Assembly: GCA_009103225.1 (NCBI GenBank)
Contig: RHPI01001559.1
Span: forward strand, 227,996-291,995
DNA: 64,000 nt
From: Chlorokybus atmophyticus
Lineage: Eukaryota; Plantae; Mesostigma and Chlorokybus algae
Reading direction: 5' to 3'
The position numbers and the translations under genes are program-made. Position 1 is the first letter of the stretch. Each line of letters begins with the position of its first letter. Below the pieces are notes generated by a model that did not search any database, was not told where the DNA came from, and saw only the letters and a program-made list of their open reading frames with translations. This document shows positions 37,566-49,497 of the stretch, one piece after another.

Positions 37566-38177
37566 GGGGGGATTACCCTCTCTAAACTGCACACGTTTAC
37601 CCATCTGAACTGGTGTACAGTCTACTCAGGCTATACGTATTGTCTTTGTAGGTATAAATGCCATAGAAACATAGAATGTCATTACATCCAAGGTTTACCT
37701 TGCAATACTGTTGGTTGTAAGTAATACTTATACATGTAAACATAAATTGTTTTCAAGAGAGAATTCCTGCAAGTTTAGCAGAGGGTATACTTACAAGGAG
37801 GTCAAGTCGCGCAGCAACGCCACAAAGTCACTGTGTGACGCTGTTGCGCGACGCCGCAGCGTCATGCTGCTGCGTGACGCGCGGTTCCCTGTAAGTATAC
37901 CTATGCTTACAAAGAAAGAAAGATGCGGTATCTCATGCACTTGCTCTCATTGTAAATATATATATACATGTAAACATAGATATACTACTTATATGGAGGT
38001 AAAACATCTCTGCCCTATATATTTTATAGGGACCAAATGTATACTTTTAAGGAGAGTACACTGTACTTGAAAACCATTTCAGCGGGCTTTTCAAATTTTG
38101 GCGGGCGTTTCATTGGTGCACTGGCCGTGGCGGTCGGGCGGCGGCGGCGGCGGCGGTGGCGGCGAAAGAGTGTCACT

Positions 38178-39642
38178 ATGGACCTCCTGGCCAGCGAGTT
38201 GCTTGAGGAGGAGGTGTTGTCTCGAGTAGGCGGACGAGAGCTGGCGCGTTGCGCCTGCGTCTGCCGCGCCTGGCGGCAGGCGGCGCAGCAGGAGACTTTA
38301 TGGAAAAGACTCTGCCTGGAGCACTGCCCTGTGGCCGAAAAGGTGTGTGATGATCAACATCTTATTGACTGCTACTGCAATGCGCTGGCAAGCTACTTGG
38401 GTTCAGTCACGTGTTGAGAAGGGGCCCCAATTGCTTGGCATGGCGTTGTTCGGCATGGTTCGCTTATTTTGCCTCGGGGTCAGAGGGTCCGCATTGTGAG
38501 CTAATGTAAGATGAAGTAAGTGCTACTTGGCTTGCTAAATAACATGCATGTGAGCCGTTCTTGGCCACGACACCACATGTGCAAAGTGAGGTTCGTTGTG
38601 TGCATGCTTGTGCACGTACAATTGCACACAACTGCATGCATGCCTGCCTGCGCGTGCTGTAGTTTATTACTTCTACGCAAGGGTTCCACACAGCTTCCGC
38701 AGCATAGAAGTCAACACTAAAGAGGGCTTGGCTCTGTGCGCATGTGTTGACTGTTATGTTGCATATGTGTGCAGCACTTGCGTTGAACAAGTTGACCTGG
38801 AGCACGCACATGTGCCTGCATGCGTGCACATGCATGTATGCGTGTGCATATGGCTACCACCCCAACAGCGATGGTCTTGCGCAGCTGTGCTTTCAGCGGT
38901 CACATGTCAACATGTGCTGTGCACGCAAGTGGTCCAGGAGCATGCATGGTTTTTTCCATTGTCAACCTTGTTAATACAACTTGACCAGCACAGTGTGCCT
39001 CTCTCAGGTGCATGAGAAGATAGGCACTGCATACCAGCGGTTGTATGCACAATCTCACAAAGCGGGCCTGGCGCCCATAGGCAACCGTGAACCCGAGCTG
39101 GAGGACTACCTGTTCACCATCACTGTAGTGGTGGATCAAGTTGCTTACTGCAATACCGCAGAGCAGGTAAGGCAGAAGAGGAGACACCATGTTGGGCGCA
39201 AGACATGCGGAACTAACTCGGTGTTGACCTGTTATCTGTTGTGCAGCTACACTTATTGGCCATGCCTTTTAAAGACTGCCCCCTGCTGCTAAGAAGGCCA
39301 TGTGACCTTGCTCAGCATGTTGACATTGTTGTGCAAGTTGTACGACGCAGAGACAGCATGATAGCATGCTTGGGTAATATGAAAATTACCGCTACGGATG
39401 TTGAATGGGATGTGGACGAATCGGACAATGGAGAATTGACGGCTACTGCTATGGGGCCCAACTTGGAGTTTGGTTCATGTGCCGTCTTCTGCGCGGTGGA
39501 CTTCTGGTTGGTACCTGGCGAAAGAGAGTTGGAACACAAGCTCGATCGTGTGTCCGTTCGCTTTTCAGATGAGCAAATTGTCGAGTTCTCACCGTCGCAA
39601 CTTGTTGACTTGCTAGCCAGCAAGCACATCACCTGGTGTTGA
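38178..39642 (+). CDS. F-box family copy 9 (subtype A), intact, 239 aa
   Basis: Exons 38178-38342, 39008-39166 and 39247-39642 have canonical GT-AG phase-0 junctions. Reads MDLLASELLEEEVLSRVGGRELARCACVCRAWRQAAQQETLWKRLCL...KHITWC*. Confidence 0.9.
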
Positions 39643-39742
39643 CTAACGCCTATGCGTAGTCTGGTGTCATGACATAAACAGCTGTAGCATGACAGCTTTT
39701 GCATCATCATGTAAAGCGAGTCAGTCCCTACAGCATGATGAT

Positions 39743-39744
<2 letters not shown>

Positions 39745-39788
<44 letters not shown>
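39745..39788. repeat. (AT)n microsatellite
   Basis: Read directly. Confidence 0.97.
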
Positions 39789-41005
39789 CAAACAGATTGT
39801 ATAGAAATTGGGTTATGCAGTGAATGATTGTGCTGGTGCGGGCACATTCATGGAACACAGGTGCATCGTCGTTTTCAAGCTCATGCCTTTGGTTTTTGTG
39901 CGCACAGATGCACACGCGCAGGTGCGCATGTATACACAGCATGATCGCCTCTGCTTCTGACCAGCAAGGACGTTACTTGGTAGATCAAGCTGCAACTTTG
40001 GCTGTGGCATTGTTGTCTCATGCGCTGAACACAGCACACACAATAATGCCAGGTGGTGTGCCCTAACTGCAAGGCCATGGATGCAACTAACAGCATTCCA
40101 CACCGCTTTGAAGACGACAACTGGCTTGACCCTGTCATGTGAAGGCGGCTTTGATGCACGCAAGCTCCAACACAATTTGCAGCAGACTGCGCAGGCAGTT
40201 GTTGCCCTGGTCAGCAATGTGGAAAGCAAACGTATGGTGTTGGGACTTTACCTGTGCGAGTATGCGTGGGCGTGCAGCGATACAAGCGTGTATCCGATTA
40301 GGGACAGACCCCATGACGCAAGGGGACGCGCTGCACAATGAATGCCCGAATAGTGGCTCTAGCGTTGATGAGCCACTTGCTTCGGAAATAACCACCTCTG
40401 ACACGCGCATGCATGCGCACATTGAGTGTGCTGTGTGTGCGGGCGCACAGGCGCACGCACACACAGCACACTCAATCTTTGTACATGCAAACTGCAGAGT
40501 GTCCCTTCAGTGGTACATCAGCTGGGTACATCAGCAGGCGCTGCTGGAGTTGGCCCCCTTTTATGACAACAGCTCTAATAGCCAAAATAAACAGCTTCTT
40601 TGGTTTGCTTGTACACATGAGCATTTGGAATCGTGAGGTTAACACTTGTAGTTGTTTGCAGCTCTGCCTGACCCTACGCAATGAATTGAGCCATGCATGT
40701 GTGCGTTGCTTCGATATGGGCCGCTGCCATGGGTGCAATCCTACCTGCTTTTGACTTGGCCACGACCCCGACAGCACTCCCAGAGGAGAAGCAGTCTCAG
40801 CTGCAGCTTTACACCCACAGCATGTCTTGCCATGAAGCACACAACGAAGTATGTGTGTGAGAGACAGCTTCTTGATACCATCCCCTAGCACAGCTGGCAG
40901 CAAATAAGGTAGAAAGTACCATGCATGCTAGCCCACAGCTGGAAGAACTCCGCCATACATGCAGCTCTCGCTGCTCACGAGGCCACCCGCGTACTTCATA
41001 TGTTG

Positions 41006-42464
41006 TCATGCGTAATGCCATGACACATTATCCATGCCCAACAATCTACAAAGCTCTGATGGCCCTAACGCGTTCGAGACGGCAGGTGTAGCATAAAGTT
41101 GAGAGTAATCTCCCATGTACTGACCACGGTTGGGAAAAGCTCTTGCGCGGACAAACACCTTTTGGACATATTTGTGCGAGGGAGCTCGAGGGCCAAATCC
41201 ATGGATGTTGAGGTCTTCAGCATCAGCCACCTTATCCATCTTATCCTCCTCCGTCACAACAAAATGCACGGTGATAAACACGGTCACGCCATCGAGGATG
41301 ATGGGTTTCTGCTCGCCAACAAGCACTTTGCTTGTCTGGGTGGGGTCCTCCTCGCTGCGCATGACGGTGGGTTTGAAAATCACTAGGTCGCCATCATAAG
41401 GCTCCTTGCAGAGATGGTTCAGCACGCACGCCATCACGGTCATTCCATGCTTGCGGCGTATGGCATGGATATTGAAGTCGAGCCTCTCATATATGCAATC
41501 GCAGTCTTTAAAGTCATGATTACTGCAAACAAAAGCCAAAGGGCTTCAAGCCTGTCCCCAATGCTTCAATCTGCATAGCACATCACGTTAACAATTTAGC
41601 AGCATAAGGTTGCATGCGAAAGATACTTCAAGTGAGCATGCGAAGGGTTGTGCGATGACGTTCGAATTTTTCACTCTCTGAAGTCGCTGCGACATGCACA
41701 CCTTGTGTTGTTATACACACAACAGACGTACACCACAATGCTTGCTTACATCATCCTCGGCAGTGCTATAGTGAAAGACCCGTCCGCAACAGCTCAACCG
41801 CATGCAAAGTAAGTAAACAAATCTGTCATGGACTTCTTCGTCTCCTTCGTCTTCGTCCCGGGTCCCTTGCCAAGGATCTCCTTTGAGCGATTTTGATTGC
41901 AACGCAAATACACGTCTGTACGACACGCTGGAGAACTCTTGCAACTGCAGTTCAGAACACATGTATCCTGTCAGTCACTGAAGTCGATTTACTTTGTGAT
42001 AGACACATCTAACTGAATAAGCCGTGTTCAACCATGGATGCTTTGCAACAGTCACACCATCACTGTTGCAAGCATGCACGCGCACACGCAGCTGGTTGGG
42101 GTAACCTACAACGTTCCGTGCGCAACTAGACACTTGACACTGGGGTAAAAAACTGCGCAGTCCTTTTCAAGCTCACCCAAAGCAGAGACACACTCTGTCA
42201 AATAGCAGAGCTCAGCTCTGCCTTACTTACCAATCCATACCAACAACATCATCAGCAACGACCAACAACAATGACAACCACAACGACAACAAAAGCAACC
42301 TCTGCAGCGGCGGGGTCTTACTTCTCGAAGAGTCGCTTCCACAGGTCATCCTCCTGCGCCGCATTCCGCCAGGCGCGACACACATGGGCGCATCGCGCTA
42401 GGTCGCGCCCGTCCTCCACCCTCGCTAGCACCTGCGCCAGCAGCTCCCCGGACAGGCATTCCAT
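41006..42464 (-). CDS. F-box family copy 10 (divergent subtype C); coding status unresolved
   Basis: MECLSGELLAQVLARVEDGRDLARCAHVCRAWRNAAQEDDLWKRLFE. The exon LQEFSSVSYRRVFALQ aligns with VHEKIGTAYQRLYAQ. The last exon, DFNIHAIRRKHG..MACVL..NVSWHYA*, is stop-free. Splice phases could not be reconciled without invoking micro-exons. Confidence 0.72.
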
Positions 42465-44014
42465 CGCCGCCGCCGCCGCTGGCGTCCTCAGCTCTGTTAC
42501 ATGCTAGCAGTGCAATCTTTGTCTGGTAAAAAACAGGGCTAACTTGGTCTTCAGCAATGGCACCGGTAGTGTGCTTCGGTGACTGTTACAGCGACCGGCA
42601 AGCCTCAATTTACAAGGCAGAGTGGGAAAGGGTGAAGCCTGCGAACAGTGAGAGCAGCATTATGGCAAAGCGGCATAGGTAATCAAAGCTAGCCTAGTTA
42701 AGCTAAGCAGGTTATTGCTTGCTGGTTCGTTCGTTTGTTGAGCAATTCTTGTTGGCTTCAAGCACAGACTCTGCCTACATGCTGCCGCAACTGCATTGCA
42801 TGCACACCTTGATACATGGCATGGTGATGCGCTACAAGCATGCCAGTGGTTGCCAACCATTCATGCTTGCAAGATGCATTGCGCACCCAGGCGCTTACAG
42901 CATTACGCAGCACCGGGCTATCAAAGCGGCATGTTGCGACTAAGTGACATAGCAGCAGCAGTTGCAGCACGCAGGTTTTTCAAGGTGTACCTGCAGTGCA
43001 GCCCGTGTCTTAAGTAAGATCCGTTAGCATGCGACGCTGCAGTACAGCAACTCCACAGCGACGACGAGGTTGACTTGACAGCTGCCGCCGCCCCCTCGCA
43101 AATGCAGGTGAACTGATCACTCCCACAGCCTGCCTACTGGCCACTTATCAACTGCCGAGTTAGGGTTTGCATGCCATTGCACAATAGCAGATGGCTGTAA
43201 ACACAAGCAACATTAGCATAGTGCAACGCGTTGCTCTTTTGCACGCTGTTTTGTTTGCAAACTCGCTCGTCTGATGTGAACGCAAGTGACCTTGTGCGAC
43301 TTCTGCTGACTCGATAATAAACAAGCATCTTGCATGCACACAGTGCATGCACACAAGAGCGCAAGATTTTGTCTGCATGCCCGTCTGTTCTACCATATGC
43401 ACTTGATACTAGCTGTTGCAGCTGCAGCTCTTTTAGCTCTCTTGGAGCATGTGTACTATGTGAGGGAAGTACAGCAACTTTCAGTTTCAGCGCTGCTTCA
43501 AGCTCCTGCGTTCTATGTGTGTACTATGTGAAGGAGTACAAACTTCCAGCGCTGTAACAGTACAGCAATGAAGGCCCTGCAATGACACTCTTTGTTGAGC
43601 ACTCGAGATGGTTCCTGCAACCTAGGCGGAGGAGCACTGTGCAAGGAGCAAGGAGCTGGTGCCAGCAGACACTTACTGGTGTTTGGCCAGTCCTGCTTAA
43701 ATACAAGTGCAACTCAGTGCGTTGGACCTCTTTCTCAGCTGGTTTGCTCTCATTGTTCTGTCTCAGCGCTATACAATGTCTACAACCTGCTCTACGCTCT
43801 TTACAACTACGCTACTAACCTAACATAGGTCTCTTTGACAGCAGCCACGACGCGAAGGAAGCATATAGTCAGTGCAAGACTTATTTGTACAACAGCAGGC
43901 TACCAACACCTGGCCACCAGCGCCGCTGGCAATAACTTCTTTCTCAATCTGTACTCACTCGATGCATAGTCCTCATTGTGCTTGCTCTCTTCATGACCCA
44001 ATACAGCGCCTGTG

Positions 44015-45393
44015 TTAATCGCGAGCCTGCACTGCTACAGGAGCTGGCCGCACGAACTGCGCGAATGCCGACTGCGACTGCTGCCCAAAAGCACAGTCGC
44101 CGATGCTTGGTGAGGCAGGCACCCTCACAGCAATGGGTGAAAGGATGGGCCGCGGGCTGGGGCTGGGCTTCACTGGAGAAGACAAGGGGCTGAAAGCCGC
44201 GGGTTTGACCGCAACAGCCCCTGTCTGCGGGGTGTTTGGCATGGTGGCCTGCTCGGGTTGGTTTGTGGATGATGGGGCAGCCTGCTGCTCCACCTCGCCG
44301 CCCTGCCATGAGGGTGCTGCCGCTAGTGATCCTTCAACCGGGAAGGGCTGAGGGAACAAAGCCGGCACACCAGCTGCGCCTCCAGGCGGGCCCAGTGCCA
44401 GCATGCACCCGTGCAGGTCTGGGGTTGCAATGGCGGTGGCGGTGGTGGTGCACGGAGTTGCAGAGCGCCTGAGCCGATCTACTGTTGCCGCACCGCAGCA
44501 ATTGAACACCTGCACGTAAGCAACCCTCAGTGAGCGACAATGAGTATGATAATTGCGAGAGCGCTTGGTCAACAGCACACCAAAATATGCAGCAAGTGGG
44601 CATGCGGTGGTAAGTACCTGCTGCTGCAAGGCGGTGTTCTCAGAACGCAGCGTGTCGCAAACTCCATGCAGGCGGGCTAGTTCAGAGCGCAGAACAACCC
44701 CTTCCATTGACAGCGCTTGTGCTCGCATGCTGAGGCTCTCACTTTCTTCCTGATTATAGCAAACAGATTGAGAACAATGACAGCCCAGCAACTGCACAAC
44801 TGGCCAACTCTCACAGCAACAACGCACCTTCTTGCGAAGCTTTGACCTGCGAGCAGACTCACGGTTTGCTTGCTTCCGCTTCTGAAGCTTCAGCTCAGCC
44901 TCACTCAACTGCAAAACACAAACCCACGATAAGGCCAACTGTCATAGTGTCCAAACTATCTCAATGCCTGCATGAAGAACTCACCCCGCTTGCCCCTTGC
45001 GATGAGCTGCTTTCTGGCCGCTTCACGCGATGCAGGCCACAACTGGACGGCTGTGAGTCCACTTCACCATCAGCCGCCTGGTTGGAGCCCGGGGCTGGCT
45101 CAGCTGTGGTGGCGGTGGTGCCAGCGGACGACTGCGTGCGTGAAGGTTTCTGCTCCTTGACACTGACGGCAGCTGTCGCGGGCGCAGAGAACGGCCAAAA
45201 CGCTGCGGTCGGTGGGATTGGCAGCATGAACATCTGCGGTGTTGTAGAAGCGTCTACAGCTGCTGTCGACCGTGGCGCCTGCGCATGCGACGTATGCCAT
45301 TGCAAAAGCGAAGCGTAGTACGCTTGCATAGCGGGTGGCGGCATGGAGGCCATGAGCTGCGGAGGCATTGAGGGACACGTCTGTGATGACGAC
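44015..45393 (-). CDS. Group G / G-box-binding-factor-like bZIP transcription factor (5' exon(s) unresolved, probably toward 46.1 kb)
   Basis: Pro-rich N-terminus with the MQAYY motif (as in the MFMR region of GBFs). Basic region ELKLQKRKQANRESARRSKLRK is followed, after an intron, by a leucine zipper (..AQALSMEGVVLRSELARLHGVCDTLRSEN). Confidence 0.88.
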
Positions 45394-46155
45394 CTGTGGA
45401 GCACAAAACATACGTTCTTTAAGTAATGTGACGCAAACCACAGCAATCAGCATGCAACGGAGGCAGCAGCAGCAGCATGAAGACACTGCTGCATCTGCTG
45501 CCTGACAAAGCTATCGTGAACGTCACACCGACACAAACTGGAGTTGCTACGTAGCAATGGTGTCGCAACAACGACAGTTGCTGTTACCTCTATCAGCTGC
45601 TGAAGAGCTGCTGGTGTTACCCAGCAGCAGCTGCAATGGACAACACTGCTACGACTGCCGGCTAGCTACCTATGCTAGAGGTGGCTGCATCTGCCGCCAC
45701 CTCTATCTTACGTAGTGCCGCCGCCAATCAACCGTACTACTACAGTAAAACGCACATTCACTTGTTCAACTTGTTCAACTCATGCACAGGCGGCAGCAAC
45801 TGCTACGCTTAGCTCATCCTGAGCAGCTGCAGCTAGCTTGACATTGCTGACAGGTAGAACCACCTACCTCGAGTCTGTGAAAGTCACTTCTGTAACCAGC
45901 ACGCCCGCAATCACCAACGCCCCGACCTCACCACCTCCTTTCCGCAACCACCTCCTCCCCCTCCTCCTTCTTCTCCTTCACCACCACCTTGACCTAAATC
46001 TCCTCCTCCGCCGCCGCTTGAAGCACGGTGTCTACTTGCCGGCACAAAGCAGCAAAGCAAAACAACAACGCCGCTGCCTGCCAAAGTCGCGATATCGGCG
46101 CACACTTTGCTAATTTCTTACGCCTCTGTGGCGGATAATTCGCAACTGCTGACAG

Positions 46156-46173
46156 AAAGCTGACGTCAGCTTT
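46156..46173. promoter_or_regulatory. Perfect 18-bp palindrome containing a C-box/CRE (TGACGTCA) upstream of the bZIP gene
   Basis: AAAGCTGACGTCAGCTTT is read directly. ACGT-core elements are established bZIP sites; function here is inferred. Confidence 0.45.
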
Positions 46174-49100
46174 GCGAGGACTGCTCTGCTCTCTCCCCAC
46201 GCGAGGCCGACGCGGCGCGCGCCAACAGGCTGAAACCCACGACGACAACACCAGGCCAAGCGGGCCAACCCATGCCAGCGTGTGACAGACCAGATTTTTG
46301 GCCGACGTCGAGAGCTGCGATTAGGCCCTAAAAGGACCCCTCTGTGCGACCGCGCAAGTGGCTGAGTCACGAGTCATCAGTCAGGGCCGGCAGCTCTAAC
46401 ACAACATCGGACCAGGTTTCTTGGCAATAACTTTACATGGCCGGCGGCTCCAGTCTGGAGTCAGAGACGCGTCAGTCATGGTCTGAAGACTCAGACCAGT
46501 GGTGTACTCCTACTAGTCAATAGTTGAGTGCTGTGATTGCAAAATGACCGATATGATACCGGTTGTATATACGAAGATGACCTTAACTCGACAAGCCAAC
46601 CGGTTCCGATGACTGGATACTTGGAAATATCTGAGGTCGCAACTTACGACTGGCAAGTCGCGGTGCTTTTTGGGAAAGGGTCAGCATTGCCGACTCAACA
46701 TTGTGACACGGCGCCATCCATGCATGAGGTACGGGCGCGGACATGCACGGCAGTGCCCGTTGGGTTGGGCACGCTACACAATCGAGCCGTGCATGGCAAA
46801 CTGCGGACGGCCGAGATGGCAAAGTACAGCCTGCCTTGCTGGATGTTATCCACTGCCGTGCTTTCGGCGTCCAAACGGAATGTCAGCAAATAGGCCCAGT
46901 GGACCTATGTGCTGACACTTCCACAGGGGCACCCGATGTGAGAACAAGAAATTCTCGTAAGCAAACCTATTAACCACCGGAGTACGGTAGGCAACCACGT
47001 ACAGCAAACACACTTACTATTCAATACGGTACGTGCATGCATATCTTATGTACATGTATCGAACAAACAAATTCAATGTACTAAGGTTGAAATTCGACCT
47101 CAACTACATCTGCCATCTTTTATGAATCAATGGATGTGTAATGTAGTGTAATGTACTTTGATATTAATTGAATTTGCATAATGCTTTATATTGGGCCAGA
47201 GGGCGGGGGTTTTCGCATTGAGCACAGCACTACCCTGCATTGCACCAAGTTCTTGCTGTCCTACTCTCTAAGCCCGTGGACTACCACACCGTCTGTCCTC
47301 GATGATTCACATGTCAGTCCACAATGTCTAGACTGTCACCTACCAATTGCACTGCATTGATCAGAATAGCGTAGGGGCCCCCAGGGGTTGGTAATAATTT
47401 GCGAGGGTGTGCTGCTGGCTGGTTGCTTGCTGCATGCTACTTGCTTTGTACAACGTTGGCACACTTGTGTACGTGAGCAGGTATGCAACTTGACCAATAC
47501 CCTATGCACAACTGCATTATCATGTGCATTAAATTATTGTCGGCTCGAATAAAATTGTTGTAATAATGCATTCGTCAAGTCAAAATGCTTATCTGTGAAC
47601 AAATTGCGTAATTTACATTAAATAAAACATACCACGTGTATCGTTTAATTGAATGTCTCAGCTCGCATGCGCACACGTGATGGTTCTTTACAGGTTCAAA
47701 CAATATCATTGCGTCGGATGTGCTGCACATGCTCACTTTTGCGTACATGCATGCCTTGATTCAATATTGCTGAGCAGGCACATTAAAATAAGTTACATTA
47801 ACAAATAAGTTACATTTAGTACATTGCATGCTCAAGCATGCATTGTAGCCCCAATGAAGTCTGAGCCATTTAGGCCAAGCGTATAGATTAATTAAATCCC
47901 CCTTCCCTCCCCTCCACTCCTGAGGGGGCTTCAAACATTAACAAAGCCCTCCTTAAAAATTGTATAATATTGAATACAACTCTTAAGGTGGGTTGCACAA
48001 GCCAACAAAAAGCCACGTCATATAACATGTTAACTTATATATTACAAGAGTATTGCATACGCTTTTAGTATGAGAGTTTATAGTATAAACTGTTGTAATG
48101 CTTGATTTAAAATCATTTGCAGTAAATATCAACTTCATATGCGCATAAAGCAGATTTGCATAATGCGCGTGTGAGTTTTGGTATGGGTTTTTTATTAAAT
48201 TACAATTTTTGCTTAGATATTATGCGGCTCAATTCAAAGAAAAGATAAAATATGAGCTTTTTACAGCCAATGACCACCCTTAAAAAGCGTACCATAAAAT
48301 ACATCTTGACAACTTCAAGAAAGAGGTTCTTTACATAAGATTAACATAATCAATCAAGGCATTGCGTTGTTTTTGCATACACAGCGCTATAATAGGATTA
48401 TCTGTTTCAAGGACAACATGTGTCGCTCGCACCGTTTGTTCATTACTTTTTATGTTTGACAAAGATCATACTTGCGCATCACAATGCGTGTGGCATCAAC
48501 ACCATTGACAAAGGGTGGAGCATGATATGCTTTGCAATGTAGCGAAGTTACAAATGTGTGTTTAGTGGATGTCTATTGCGAGGCATCAACAATTGCACTA
48601 GCAATAGATTGAGCTGAATGTACAGTTAGCGGTCAGCACACGTTGTCATGTAAAGACACGGAACTGCTTTAATGGTCTGCTTCGTTTTGTCTCTCTCACT
48701 TGTAGATTGCAATGTTTGGCCATGTTATATTCCTTGCACATTGCACCAAACCCACTCTATGTGTGCAATACGATTTCACACTTGCCGTAGATGATGAAGT
48801 CGGTCAGGTTGTTTGAATGATGCAGTAATTCATAGCGGCCATTGTCATGTTGTGCTACTTATTGCTGCGTTGCTATTACTGCACTTTGCGCAGCCTTCAA
48901 CTTAGGTGAGCTTTGCAAACTGACTCATATTACAATGAAACTGGGTGTTGGCGTGATGCGTGTGCGTTGCAATGGCAACGCTCACCCTGCACACAGGTGG
49001 TGTATGTGACTGTGTTTGCATGCTGGTTGGTATGCTATGCTGTTGTGACGGCATGCATGTCGCCAATTGTCTCGCGCATATCCTGTACATCCCCTCATTG

Positions 49101-49497
49101 CATACTTTGTACACAGACTTGCGGCCAGTGTTTGCGGGGCTGCTAAGGCCAGCTACACTTGGCTTTGTACAGAAACTGTACACACAATGCGCTATGTCAT
49201 TGCTCATGCAAGGATGTGCAAGGAATTCAGCTGCCTCAGTTTCCACCATTCACAATGTGTGACAAAATTCATCAGTGGTACCAGCTACAAGCATATCCAA
49301 GTTTCTCACCCGTCACAACATAACAGCATAATCTCATAAGTTAAAGCTCACTGCACACGACATGCAGATGTACAATATCCAACCTACTAGAACAAAGGGA
49401 AATTAAAATAGCTACTAGCTAGTTGACAGTATGTACTTTGAAATGATGGTGCTTTATGGATATACACAGACATTTGTTTAAATTGAATCCAGCCAAC

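Noticed and set aside
40470-40900. 143-aa minus-strand ORF as a separate gene
   Set aside because: No motif and no consistent exon structure; it may be the 3' region of F-box copy 10.
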